This document shows, piece after piece, positions 15,498 through 24,251 of a DNA stretch of 32,000 nucleotides; position 1 is the first letter of the stretch; every line of letters starts with the position of its first letter. Source of the DNA: Trichlorobacter lovleyi SZ (GTDB taxonomy: Bacteria; Desulfobacterota; Desulfuromonadia; Geobacterales; Pseudopelobacteraceae); contig NC_010814.1 in the NCBI RefSeq assembly GCF_000020385.1, positions 600,001 to 632,000 of the forward strand. Direction: 5' to 3'. Under the pieces are notes generated by a model. The model was not told the DNA's origin. It saw only the letters and a program-made list of their open reading frames with translations, and ran no database searches. The position numbers and the translations under genes were made by a program.

Positions 15498-16580
15498 ATG
15501 AAGCAGTTGTTGAGCAGACACCTTCAGCCGTTAACTGAGCGCCATCCGGCCCTGATGAACATGGCCACCGCCACCGCCGGGTTTTTGCGTTCGATAGCCA
15601 TCAAGCCGTACAGGCAGCGCCACCGTCCACGGGAGCTGGCGCTGTGGGAGCGTTATCACAGTCTGCATGCCGTGCGTTGTCAGGTCTATCGTGAAAAGTC
15701 TGCCGGTGGACGTCCTACCATTGTGGTGGCCGGTTTTGTGCCGGATGCCACCGAGGTGGTGGAGTTTCAACGTCCGCTGCTGCGCAGCCACGGCAGCATC
15801 TATTACCTCAACTACCCGCGTAACGGTTTCAGCCACGAACTGTTTGAGGCGCAGCTGGCCGACCTGATTGATGAGCTGAGTCTGAAGGGAGAGCGGCCGG
15901 TGCTGATGGGGGTCAGCTTCGGCGCCGGACTGGTGGTTGATTTTCTGCGGCGGGCCTCGGAACAGCTGCATGACCGTCTGCGCGGCCTGCTGCTGGTCAG
16001 CCCGGTACTCTGCACCGCCGACCTGATCCGGCCCGACAACCAGCGCAACGGCGGGGTTCGGATGCTGGAGTCAAACCTGCGTAAGATATTGAAGGCCGAC
16101 CCAAATGATGAGAGCGATCTGAACCGGCAGCTGGAGCGGGCGCGGCGCTGTTTTCAGGCCCTGTTTGAGGCAGGGGCGGAAAACCGCAGCCTGACCACCC
16201 GCCACCTGGCCATCCGGCAGCGGATATTCGGGGTGCTTGAGCATACCTCCAACCTTGGCGGCTATCAGCGGGTGCTGGCCTTGCGCAGCTTTGCCGAACC
16301 GGCTGCAGGCAGGACCATCTTTGGCGGACCGACCCTGATCATGCTGGCCGAGGATGAGCAGAGCATTCTGGTGCCGGGATCGCCCACCCTGCAACTATGT
16401 GCCGATCATGCCGCCCTGCGTTCGGTCTTCCCCGAAGCCAGGGCCTGTCTGATCGCCTCAAACAATGATGCCGACCCGGTGGCCCATGCCTCGCTGATCT
16501 TTCATCAGCACTGCTACAATCCGCGCATGGAGCAGTGGTTGCAGAAGCTGCATAACCAGCCGCTCCTGGCGGTGGTGTGA
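15498..16580 (+). CDS. Alpha/beta-fold hydrolase
   Basis: 360 aa with the nucleophile elbow G-V-S-F-G (VLMGVSFGAG). An upstream GGGGAG serves as the ribosome-binding site. Confidence 0.7.
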   Translation: MKQLLSRHLQPLTERHPALMNMATATAGFLRSIAIKPYRQRHRPRELALWERYHSLHAVRCQVYREKSAGGRPTIVVAGFVPDATEVVEFQRPLLRSHGSIYYLNYPRNGFSHELFEAQLADLIDELSLKGERPVLMGVSFGAGLVVDFLRRASEQLHDRLRGLLLVSPVLCTADLIRPDNQRNGGVRMLESNLRKILKADPNDESDLNRQLERARRCFQALFEAGAENRSLTTRHLAIRQRIFGVLEHTSNLGGYQRVLALRSFAEPAAGRTIFGGPTLIMLAEDEQSILVPGSPTLQLCADHAALRSVFPEARACLIASNNDADPVAHASLIFHQHCYNPRMEQWLQKLHNQPLLAVV

Positions 16581-16582
16581 TA

Positions 16583-16702
16583 CCAATTCCAACTCAAGGC
16601 GATATCATCGTTGGCTCGTCTTCTACTCCTCGACGTACTGTCGTGTACGCCTGCGTCGTCGAATTCCTCGCCGCCTTGATCTCATCCTTGATTTGAAATT
16701 GG
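16583..16702. repeat. Long imperfect palindromic intergenic element (class with a CGACGTACTG...TGTACG core)
   Basis: Outer arms 16583-16599 and 16686-16702 are complementary at 15 of 17 positions. The core CGACGTACTG (16631-16640) plus TGTACG (16644-16649) recurs at 24142-24159. Confidence 0.8.
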
Positions 16703-16815
16703 CGACTACCTGATATATGCCGCCTACCTGCCCGGTATGTCTCGGTCGCTGCGCTCCGGGCGCCTGGTATACGGCCTTCCTCATACGTTTTCAGTTTCAG
16801 TTCAAAGGAGCACCA

Positions 16816-18402
16816 TTGAAGTTTCCTGTTTCCCTGTTGTCTCTGCCGCTGCGCGCCGCCGCCGATATCCGTGCCCGGCGCTTTTTACGCAAAGATCCGC
16901 TGGGCAGCCAGCGTGAACTGCTGCCCCGCCTGCTGCAGAGGGCGGCAAAAACCCGCTTTGGCCGCGAGTACGGCTTCAATTCTCTGGCCAGCCTGCCCTT
17001 TGAAGTCTGCTATCAGCAGTTTCAACAGCAGGTGCCGATCCGTACCTATCGTCAGTTCTGGGATGACTGGTTTGCAGCCTGCCTGACAACCACCCCGCAG
17101 GGACAGCAGTTGCGGCTGCAGGATCAGAGCTGGCCCGGACTGATCCCCTGGTTCTGCGAGACCTCCGGCACCACGGCGCCAACCAAGTTCATTCCCTTTA
17201 CCCATGAGATGTTCAGGATGAACCAGCGGGCAGCCCTGGATATGCTCTGCTGTTACCTGGCAGCTGAACCGGGCAGCAGGGTGCCGGAGGGCAAGATCCT
17301 CTACATGGCCGGCAGCACCCGGCTCAAGCAGATGGGGCCGGGTGTGCTGGCCGGTGACATGAGTGCCATTACCCTGCAGCAGCGGCCCGCCTGGCTGAAC
17401 CCGTTTGTAGAACCACAGGAGCCGCTGACCTCGGCCCCGTGGGATCAGCGGCTGGACGGCATGGCCCGGCTGCTGCTGGCAGACCGGAAGATACGGATCA
17501 TCTCCGGGGTGCCGCCCTGGATTTTACTGCTGCTGAAGCAGGTGGAATCCCTGGCCGGTCGTCCGGTGCGTGAGGCGTTGCCCAGTCTGGAACTGATCAT
17601 TCACGGTGGTACCAGCATGGCCCCCTATGCTGCAGAATACCAACGGCTGCTCCCTTCTGGCGGCCCCCGCTTTCTGGAACTGCTGCCTTCATCCGAGGCG
17701 TTCATGGGCTTTCAGGTGCAGGGTGAGGCAACCATGCGGTTGACACCGTTTTACGGCTCGTTTTTCGAGTTTGTGCCGATTGAACAGCTGGATGAGAGCG
17801 GCGCACCGCTTTCTGACGCCCAGGCTGTACCGCTGGCCGGGGTGGTGACCGGTCAGCGGTACGCCGTGATTCTTTCCACCTGCTCCGGGCTGTGGCGCTA
17901 CCATATCGGCGATACCCTGCGCTTTCTGGATGCCGACCGGTTCCATTTTGAATTTACCGGCCGGGATAAGTTTCTGGATCGCTTTGAGGAGAAGGTGACC
18001 CAGACCGAGGTGGAACAGGCGGTGGCTATGCTGAACAAGCGGCACGACGGTCTGGTGCGGGAGTTCATGGTGGGGGCAGATATTGGCGGTCGTTGCCACC
18101 ACTGGGTACTGGCCTGCCGGGGCAGTGCGCTGCTGCCGGACCAGGCCTCACGTTTGCTGGACGACCAGCTGCGTAGCGCCAATGCCGATTATGACACCTT
18201 CCGGCAACAGGGAAGGATTAACAGTCCCCGTGTACTGCTGGTGTCGGAACAGCAGATCTATGACTGGTCGGCAGAGGTGCGTGGCAAGCTGGGCGGCCAG
18301 AGCAAGATCCCCCACATTGATCCGACCCTGACCGGTGAGCTGGTCAAAAGCCTGTCCGGCTATGCCTGTAACAATAGTTTCCAATCTTTTGCCTCCCCGT
18401 AA
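16816..18402 (+). CDS. GH3-family (acyl-adenylate-forming amido-synthetase-like) protein
   Basis: FCETSGTTAPTKFIPFT (GH3 nucleotide-binding motif) and GLWRYHIGDTLRF are present. TTG 16816, preceded by AAAGGAG at 6-nt spacing, is preferred over ATG 16717, whose extra 33 aa look non-native. Confidence 0.75.
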   Translation: MKFPVSLLSLPLRAAADIRARRFLRKDPLGSQRELLPRLLQRAAKTRFGREYGFNSLASLPFEVCYQQFQQQVPIRTYRQFWDDWFAACLTTTPQGQQLRLQDQSWPGLIPWFCETSGTTAPTKFIPFTHEMFRMNQRAALDMLCCYLAAEPGSRVPEGKILYMAGSTRLKQMGPGVLAGDMSAITLQQRPAWLNPFVEPQEPLTSAPWDQRLDGMARLLLADRKIRIISGVPPWILLLLKQVESLAGRPVREALPSLELIIHGGTSMAPYAAEYQRLLPSGGPRFLELLPSSEAFMGFQVQGEATMRLTPFYGSFFEFVPIEQLDESGAPLSDAQAVPLAGVVTGQRYAVILSTCSGLWRYHIGDTLRFLDADRFHFEFTGRDKFLDRFEEKVTQTEVEQAVAMLNKRHDGLVREFMVGADIGGRCHHWVLACRGSALLPDQASRLLDDQLRSANADYDTFRQQGRINSPRVLLVSEQQIYDWSAEVRGKLGGQSKIPHIDPTLTGELVKSLSGYACNNSFQSFASP

Positions 18403-18407
18403 CATGT

Positions 18408-18425
18408 CTGTCACAAAACTCGTAT
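18408..18425 (+). promoter_or_regulatory. Candidate Pho box upstream of pstS
   Basis: CTGTCAC-AAAA-CTCGTAT compared with the enterobacterial consensus CTGTCAT-A(A/T)A(T/A)-CTGT(C/A)A(C/T). The first half-site matches 6 of 7 and the second 4 of 7. It lies 61 nt upstream of the pstS ATG. Confidence 0.3.
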
Positions 18426-18485
18426 ATGGTGGCAATTAAGCAACACACACCTGAAAATACCAACAATACCAAGGAGGATGTACCA

Positions 18486-19451
18486 ATGTTGAAGAAGAGC
18501 GTCCTGGCGCTGTGCGCCACCCTCTGCATCGCCACTGCAGCCCATGCGGAAAAAGTCAAGGTTGATGCAAAGCTGCCGTCCTACAAGGCCACCTCAGGCG
18601 TGTCCGGCAACCTGAACAGCATCGGTTCCGACACCCTGAACAACCTGATGACCTACTGGGCAGAAGGCTTCAAAAAGAAGTACCCCAACGTCAACATTCA
18701 GATTGAAGGCAAAGGTTCATCAACTGCTCCTCCTGCGCTGATCGCCGGTACCGCCCAGCTGGGCCCCATGTCCCGCATGATGAAGGGCAAAGAGATTGAG
18801 GATTTTGAGAAGAAGTACGGCTACAAGCCGACCAAGGTTGGCGTGGCCCTGGATTCTCTGGCTGTGTTTGTTAATAAGGATAACCCGATCAAGTCACTCT
18901 CCCTTGATGAAGTTGACGCCATCTTCTCCAAGACCCGCAAGCGCGGGCTGCCTGAGATCACCACCTGGGGTCAGGCCGGTGTGCATGGCGCCCTGGCTGC
19001 CAAGCCGATCTCCCTGTTCGGCCGTAACTCCGCCTCCGGCACCTATGGTTACTTCAAGGAGCACACCCTGAAAAACGGTGACTACAAGAATACCGTTAAA
19101 GAGCAGCCCGGTTCCGCCTCTGTGGTTGAAGGTGTTGCCAAGGATATCAGCGCCATCGGTTACTCCGGTATCGGCTATGCCACCTCCGGCGTCAAGGCAG
19201 TGCCCCTGTCCGATAAAAAAGGCGGCCAGGTGTTTGAGGCCAACTATGCCAACGTGCTGTCCGGCAAGTATCCCCTGGCCCGTATGCTCTACATCTACGT
19301 AGCCAAGAAGCCGGGTGAGCCGATGCCCAAGGTGGTGGAAGAGTTCCTGAAGTTTGCCCTGTCCAAGGAAGGCCAGCAGATTGTGGTCAAGGACGGCTAT
19401 GATCCGCTGCCTGCATCTGCTGCTGCCGAGCAACTGAAGGCGTTGAAGTAG
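18486..19451 (+). CDS. pstS: Phosphate ABC transporter substrate-binding protein
   Basis: Signal peptide MLKKSVLALCATLCIATAAHA. PstS-family blocks are GSDTL, GKGSSTAPPALI and R-x3-SGT (GRNSASGTYGYF). AAGGAGG lies upstream of ATG 18486. Confidence 0.9.
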   Translation: MLKKSVLALCATLCIATAAHAEKVKVDAKLPSYKATSGVSGNLNSIGSDTLNNLMTYWAEGFKKKYPNVNIQIEGKGSSTAPPALIAGTAQLGPMSRMMKGKEIEDFEKKYGYKPTKVGVALDSLAVFVNKDNPIKSLSLDEVDAIFSKTRKRGLPEITTWGQAGVHGALAAKPISLFGRNSASGTYGYFKEHTLKNGDYKNTVKEQPGSASVVEGVAKDISAIGYSGIGYATSGVKAVPLSDKKGGQVFEANYANVLSGKYPLARMLYIYVAKKPGEPMPKVVEEFLKFALSKEGQQIVVKDGYDPLPASAAAEQLKALK

Positions 19452-19463
19452 AAACGGCCTGAA

Positions 19464-19542
19464 CCCTTCTCCCCGAGGGAGAAGGGGGCCGAAGGCCGGA
19501 TGAGGGGGCAGCAGTGATCTGAAAGATTCCTCTGCCCCCTCA
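19464..19542. repeat. Cluster of GC-rich hairpins in the pstS-pstC spacer
   Basis: CCCTTCTCC/GGAGAAGGG (19464-19486), GGCC-GAA-GGCC (19487-19497) and TGAGGGGGCAG/CTGCCCCCTCA (19501-19542, 11 bp). Confidence 0.85.
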
Positions 19543-19548
19543 CCCTAG

Positions 19549-19579
19549 CCCTCTCCCTCAAGGGAGAGGGAATTTTTTC
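19549..19579 (+). terminator. Intrinsic terminator or attenuator after pstS
   Basis: CCCTCTCCCT-CA-AGGGAGAGGG stem followed by AATTTTTT (T6 at 19573-19578), 13 nt before the pstC ATG. Confidence 0.75.
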
Positions 19580-19591
19580 TCAGGATTCTCC

Positions 19592-21517
19592 ATGGCCTCC
19601 TCAATTGTAGATAAATCCCGTCGTAATGACCGTCTGGCCGCCTGGCTGATCAAGGCCGGCGGTCTGTTTGTGATCGTTGCCGTCATCGGCATTCTGATGC
19701 TGATCGCCCGGGTCGCCCTGCCGCTTTTTTATGCGCCTTCTGCCGACAGGCTGCCCGAGGTCTCTGCCGAACTGCAGGCGCTGCTTGCAACTGACGGCTC
19801 CGGTACCAGCCAGACCCGTGAGCTGGGTGAAAGCGGTTCCCTTACGATAACGCTGCTGCCGGGCAACCGGTTTGCCGTCCAGCGCCGTAATGTTGAAAAA
19901 GATCTGCTGGGGAATGAAAAAACGACGGAACAGAGCTACAAGCTGTCTGACCCGTTGCCCGGTACGATCTCGACCTTCTGGCTGGGGCGTAAGGGACAGA
20001 ACCTGTACGCAGGCACTGATAACGGCTGGCTGGTGCGCTGGGATCTGTCCGGCGACGGTGAAGGACGACTGATTGAAACGGTGGAGGCATTTAAGGATCA
20101 TCGCCGCATCACGGCCCTGGCAACGGTGCTGGGCGATAACTCGCTGGCAGTGGGTGATGCCAGGGGAGAGATCACAACCTGGATGCCGATTGCCAAGCCG
20201 GGCAGCGGTGAAGACAAACAGCTGGCGCTGATCCACCACCTGCCGGGGTTTGCCCAGCCGGTCAGCCGCTTGCTGGCCTCTCCGCGTGACAAGTCTCTGG
20301 CTGCCTTTGATGCCGGCGGGACGATCAGGCTGGTGCATATGACCAGCGAACGGCTGCTGCTGGAACTGCAGGCCGGGCTGCCGGTCACTGCGGCAGCCTT
20401 TGCCGACCGTGGCCGCCAACTGGTGGTGGCTGGTGCCGACGGCAGGAGCGTGGCCTGGAAACTTGATATCCCGCACCCTGAGATATCGTTTTCGACCCTG
20501 TTCGGCAAGGTCTGGTACGAAGGCTACAATAAACCTGAATATGTCTGGCAGTCCTCGGCAGCCACCGACGACTTTGAACCCAAGATCTCTTTGATGCCGC
20601 TGATCTTCGGCACCTTCAAGGCCACCCTGTTTGCCATGCTGTTTGCGGTGCCGCTGGCCTTGCTGGGGGCGATCTATACCAGCCAGTTCATGGCCCCGTC
20701 CCTGAAGGGGCGGATCAAGCCGGCGGTTGAGATCATGGCGGCGGTGCCGTCAGTGGTGGTCGGCTTCCTGGCCGGACTCTGGCTGGCCCCGCTGATGGAC
20801 AAACACCTGCTGGCGCTTTTTCTGGCCACGATCATGGTGCCGGCCATGTTGCTGGCTGCCATCCTGGTCTGGCGTCCCCTGGCTGAAAAGACCGAGATCG
20901 GCCGCAATCTGAAGGGATACGAGTTTCTGGGGCTGCTGCCGGTGGTGGTGCTGGCGCTCTGGCTTTCAGGACAACTGGCAGTGCCCCTTGAGGCGACCTT
21001 TTTCGGCGCCGATCTCAAGCAGTGGCTCTATTCGGCGCTGGGGGTGCGCTATGACCAGCGCAACAGCATCATTATTGCCATTGCTCTGGGATTTGCCGTG
21101 ATCCCGATCATCTTTACGATTGCCGAGGATGCCCTCTCCAACGTGCCCCGCAACCTGTCCGCCGCCTCTCTGGCCCTGGGGGCCAGCCGCTGGCAGACTG
21201 CCTGGAGAGTGGTGCTTCCTTCAGCCCTGCCGGGCGTCTTTTCCGCGATCATGATCGGCTTTGGCCGTGCCGTCGGTGAGACCATGATCGTGTTGATGGC
21301 AACCGGCAATACCCCGATCATGAGCTGGTCCCTGTTTAACGGCCTGCGTTCGCTCTCGGCCAACATCGCGGTGGAGATCCCCGAGGCACCTTTGAACGGT
21401 ACCCTCTACCGGACCCTGTTTCTCTCAGCAGTGCTGCTGTTTGTGCTGACCTTTATCATCAACACCGCGGCCGAACTGCTGCGGCAACGCTTCCGTAAAA
21501 AGTACGGACGGTATTGA
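19592..21517 (+). CDS. pstC: Phosphate ABC transporter permease, long form with a ~290-aa periplasmic N-terminal domain
   Basis: 641 aa. The C-terminal half has the PstC signature AASLALGASRWQTAWRVVLPSALPGVFSAIMIGFGRAVGETM. The N-terminal TM is followed by four repeats spaced ~45 aa apart: GTDNGWLVRWD, GDARGEITTWM, DAGGTIRLVH and GADGRSVAWK. Confidence 0.88.
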   Translation: MASSIVDKSRRNDRLAAWLIKAGGLFVIVAVIGILMLIARVALPLFYAPSADRLPEVSAELQALLATDGSGTSQTRELGESGSLTITLLPGNRFAVQRRNVEKDLLGNEKTTEQSYKLSDPLPGTISTFWLGRKGQNLYAGTDNGWLVRWDLSGDGEGRLIETVEAFKDHRRITALATVLGDNSLAVGDARGEITTWMPIAKPGSGEDKQLALIHHLPGFAQPVSRLLASPRDKSLAAFDAGGTIRLVHMTSERLLLELQAGLPVTAAAFADRGRQLVVAGADGRSVAWKLDIPHPEISFSTLFGKVWYEGYNKPEYVWQSSAATDDFEPKISLMPLIFGTFKATLFAMLFAVPLALLGAIYTSQFMAPSLKGRIKPAVEIMAAVPSVVVGFLAGLWLAPLMDKHLLALFLATIMVPAMLLAAILVWRPLAEKTEIGRNLKGYEFLGLLPVVVLALWLSGQLAVPLEATFFGADLKQWLYSALGVRYDQRNSIIIAIALGFAVIPIIFTIAEDALSNVPRNLSAASLALGASRWQTAWRVVLPSALPGVFSAIMIGFGRAVGETMIVLMATGNTPIMSWSLFNGLRSLSANIAVEIPEAPLNGTLYRTLFLSAVLLFVLTFIINTAAELLRQRFRKKYGRY

Positions 21518-21530
21518 CGTGAAGACAATG

Positions 21531-21656
21531 GAACGCGGATGACACGGATCTGGCGGATCATCGCGGATTTGAAAGGCAGAACAAAGACCGTAAGGGTTAA
21601 ATCCGGTTTAATCAGTTAATCCGCGCAAATCAGCTCAATCAGCTTCATCCGCGTTC
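21531..21656. repeat. Long palindromic element between pstC and pstA (CGGAT/ATCCG class)
   Basis: Perfect 12-bp outer arms GAACGCGGATGA (21531-21542) and TCATCCGCGTTC (21645-21656). CGGAT starts at 21536, 21545, 21554 and 21564. ATC(C/A)G starts at 21601, 21611, 21619, 21629, 21638 and 21647. Confidence 0.9.
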
Positions 21657-21690
21657 TATTAATGATAGCTTCTATCCAAAAGGTGTACCT

Positions 21691-23283
21691 GTGAAAAACT
21701 ACTGGAAACGTGGCGAACCAATGGTGCTGACTGCCGGGGCAACCCTGGCGGTGATTCTGTTCATGACCTTGACCCTGATGGCCGTTATTCTGGGCAACAG
21801 TCTGGGCTACTTCTGGGTCAAGGGGCTGGTGCGCTATAAACTGACTGACGGCAGCTACCTGATGGGGCAGCTGACGGCCAAGGAACGGCATGCCTTGACC
21901 AATGTCAAGCGGGTGCAGCTGAAGGTCGGCAACCGGGATCTCTACTCCCAGGATTTCCGCTGGGTGGATGAGTCGGAGGTGGCAGAACGGGATATCCCCA
22001 AAGATGCCTATCTGCTGGAGCGTCGTGAACACGGCAATTTCTTCGGCTTCCTGAAGGAGCTGCGGGGGAGTGACGGCGTTGCAGTTGCGGCTGATCCGGT
22101 CTCCCTGAAACGTCTGCACGAGGCAACGGTGCAGAGGCAGCAGGGGCTGAAGGATATCAAGGATCGGATGTCCAGTCTGAACCAGGCCTCCGAGCGTCTG
22201 CGGCTCAAGGTCCAGAAGCTTGAGTTCCGTGGAGCCGAGGCGCATGCCGCCGAGATTACTGCCCTGAATGAAAAGAAGGCAAAGCTGACCGAAGAGTTTG
22301 ACGGGCTGAATGAACAGCTGAACCAGAAGCAGGGGGAGCTGAACAAGGCCGTAGCGGTCTTCAGCGATGCTGCCGGAACCGCCAAGGAGCTGCCGCTGCT
22401 GGAGATTGTGCGGATTTATCAGCCCAACAGCATGTCGGTGTTTGCCAAGGCCTGGGCTTATCTGGGCAAGATCCGTGAGCTGCTGTTTGATGACCCCCGT
22501 GAATCGAATACGGAAGGCGGACTCTTCCCGGCCATCTTCGGCACGGTCATGATGGTGCTGCTGATGTCGGTTTTCTCGCTGCCGTTTGGGGTGATTGCCG
22601 CCATCTACCTGCGGGAGTACGCTAAAGAAGGCAGGCTGGTACAACTGGTGCGGATTGCGGTCAACAACCTGGCCGGCGTGCCTTCGATCGTCTACGGCGT
22701 GTTTGGTCTGGGCTTCTTTGTCTACGGCATCGGCGGTTCGCTGGACAAGCTGTTCTTTCCGGAGCGCTTACCGACCCCGGTATTCGGTACCGGCGGTATC
22801 CTCTGGGCCTCCCTGACCCTGGCGCTTTTAACCGTGCCGGTGGTGATCGTGGCCACTGAAGAGTCGCTTGCCTCAATTCCGAAGGGGATCCGTGAAGGCT
22901 CACTGGCGCTGGGGGCCACCAAGTTCCAGACCCTGACCAAGGTGCTGCTGCCGATGGCCACACCGGGTATCATGACCGGCCTGGTACTCTCCATGGCCCG
23001 TGCCGTGGGGGAGGTGGCGCCGCTGATGATGGTGGGGGTGGTCAAGCTGGCCCCGACCCTCCCCTTTGACGGACAGTTCCCGTTCTTTCACATGGATCGC
23101 AAGTTCATGCATCTGGGCTTCCATATCTTCGATGTCGGCTTCCAGTCTCCCAATGTCGAGGCCGCCAAGCCGATGGTCTACGTCACCACCTTGCTGCTGC
23201 TGCTGATCGTGGTTGTCGCCACCAGCCTGGCGATCCGTTTCCGTAACCAGATGCGGCGCAAGTACACCACGTCACATTTCTAA
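21691..23283 (+). CDS. pstA: Phosphate ABC transporter permease, long form with a periplasmic coiled-coil insert
   Basis: 530 aa. Contains the PstA block EGSLALGATKFQTLTKVLLPMATPGIMTGLVLSMARAVGEVAPL. A heptad-like charged segment spans aa ~125-215. Start is GTG 21691, with ATG 21721 as the alternative. Confidence 0.88.
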   Translation: MKNYWKRGEPMVLTAGATLAVILFMTLTLMAVILGNSLGYFWVKGLVRYKLTDGSYLMGQLTAKERHALTNVKRVQLKVGNRDLYSQDFRWVDESEVAERDIPKDAYLLERREHGNFFGFLKELRGSDGVAVAADPVSLKRLHEATVQRQQGLKDIKDRMSSLNQASERLRLKVQKLEFRGAEAHAAEITALNEKKAKLTEEFDGLNEQLNQKQGELNKAVAVFSDAAGTAKELPLLEIVRIYQPNSMSVFAKAWAYLGKIRELLFDDPRESNTEGGLFPAIFGTVMMVLLMSVFSLPFGVIAAIYLREYAKEGRLVQLVRIAVNNLAGVPSIVYGVFGLGFFVYGIGGSLDKLFFPERLPTPVFGTGGILWASLTLALLTVPVVIVATEESLASIPKGIREGSLALGATKFQTLTKVLLPMATPGIMTGLVLSMARAVGEVAPLMMVGVVKLAPTLPFDGQFPFFHMDRKFMHLGFHIFDVGFQSPNVEAAKPMVYVTTLLLLLIVVVATSLAIRFRNQMRRKYTTSHF

Positions 23284-23306
23284 GCTGTACAAAAGGATGA
23301 AAACTG

Positions 23307-24092
23307 ATGAGTCCAGAATCTGTTGATCTGAGTAAACATCCCGCCATTATCGAGGTTGAGAACGTCAATCTCTATTACGGGGCTTCGCAGGCACTGAAAG
23401 ATATCTCGCTGACCATGCGCCGCAATCAGGTGACCGCCTTTATCGGCCCTTCCGGCTGCGGCAAGTCAACCCTGTTGCGCTGCCTGAACCGGATGAACGA
23501 TCTGATCGATTCGGTCAGGATTGAAGGCAGTATCCGGCTTGACGGTGATGAGATCACCGGAAACAGGACCGATGTCATCTCGCTGCGCCGCCGGGTAGGG
23601 ATGGTTTTTCAACAGTCCAACCCGTTCCCCAAGTCGATCTATGAAAATATCGTGTACGGCCTGCGGATCGCCGGGATCAATGACAAGGCCACCCTGGATG
23701 AAACCGTGGAACGGAGCCTGAAAGGTGCCGCGATCTGGAATGAGGTCAAGGATCGCCTGCATGACTCGGCCCTGGGGCTGTCCGGCGGTCAGGCACAACG
23801 GATCTGCATTGCCCGGGCGATTGCCACCAACCCGGAAGTGATCCTGATGGATGAACCCTGTTCAGCCCTGGACCCGCTTTCAACGCTGAAGATTGAGGAA
23901 CTGATTGACGAACTGAAGGAACAGTATACGATTGTGATCGTGACCCACAACATGCAGCAGGCAGCGCGGGTTTCCGATGCAACCGCCTTCTTCTATCTGG
24001 GGGAGCTGATTGAGATGGGTGATACCAAAAAGATCTTCACCAACCCTGAAAAACAACAAACGGAAGATTACATAACAGGGAGATTCGGCTAA
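23307..24092 (+). CDS. pstB: Phosphate ABC transporter ATP-binding protein
   Basis: Walker [10 protein letters not shown], signature LSGGQAQR and Walker B ILMDEP are present. The PstB-typical N-terminus and the C-terminal [10 protein letters not shown] are also seen. Confidence 0.95.
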   Translation: MSPESVDLSKHPAIIEVENVNLYYGASQALKDISLTMRRNQVTAFIGPSGCGKSTLLRCLNRMNDLIDSVRIEGSIRLDGDEITGNRTDVISLRRRVGMVFQQSNPFPKSIYENIVYGLRIAGINDKATLDETVERSLKGAAIWNEVKDRLHDSALGLSGGQAQRICIARAIATNPEVILMDEPCSALDPLSTLKIEELIDELKEQYTIVIVTHNMQQAARVSDATAFFYLGELIEMGDTKKIFTNPEKQQTEDYITGRFG

Positions 24093-24212
24093 AAACAGCC
24101 CTTTTTCGCCCTGATCCCGTCAAGCTGCTGCCTGCCTTGTGCGACGTACTGCCTGTACGTCTCCGCGTCAGGCCTTGCTTGCCGGAACCATGACGAAAAA
24201 GTTCGTGTTTTT
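24091..24212. repeat. Long imperfect palindromic element between pstB and phoU (same core as 16583-16702)
   Basis: Arms 24091-24125 and 24177-24212 are about 27 of 35 complementary with one indel. The central core is CGACGTACTG (24142-24151) plus TGTACG (24154-24159). Confidence 0.8.
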
Positions 24213-24251
24213 TGAGTAGCAGCTTTTACTTTTGTTTTTGGAGAATACGTT

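Noticed and set aside
16717-16815. Longer upstream starts offered by the ORF track: 16717 for GH3, 26057 for mqnE, 25668 for the secreted protein, 7282 for mgsA, 18426 for pstS, 4024 for higA and 29881 for the Crp/Fnr gene.
   Set aside because: The extensions lack SD sequences, run through repeats or the preceding gene, and add residues foreign to the family. In each case an internal start with a good SD gives the expected N-terminus or signal peptide.
18366-18405. Additional Pho-box-like half-sites (CTGTAAC, GTAACAT) upstream of the 18408-18425 candidate.
   Set aside because: They are not in 11-bp register with each other or with the better site, and they lie inside the GH3 coding end. They are too degenerate to call.
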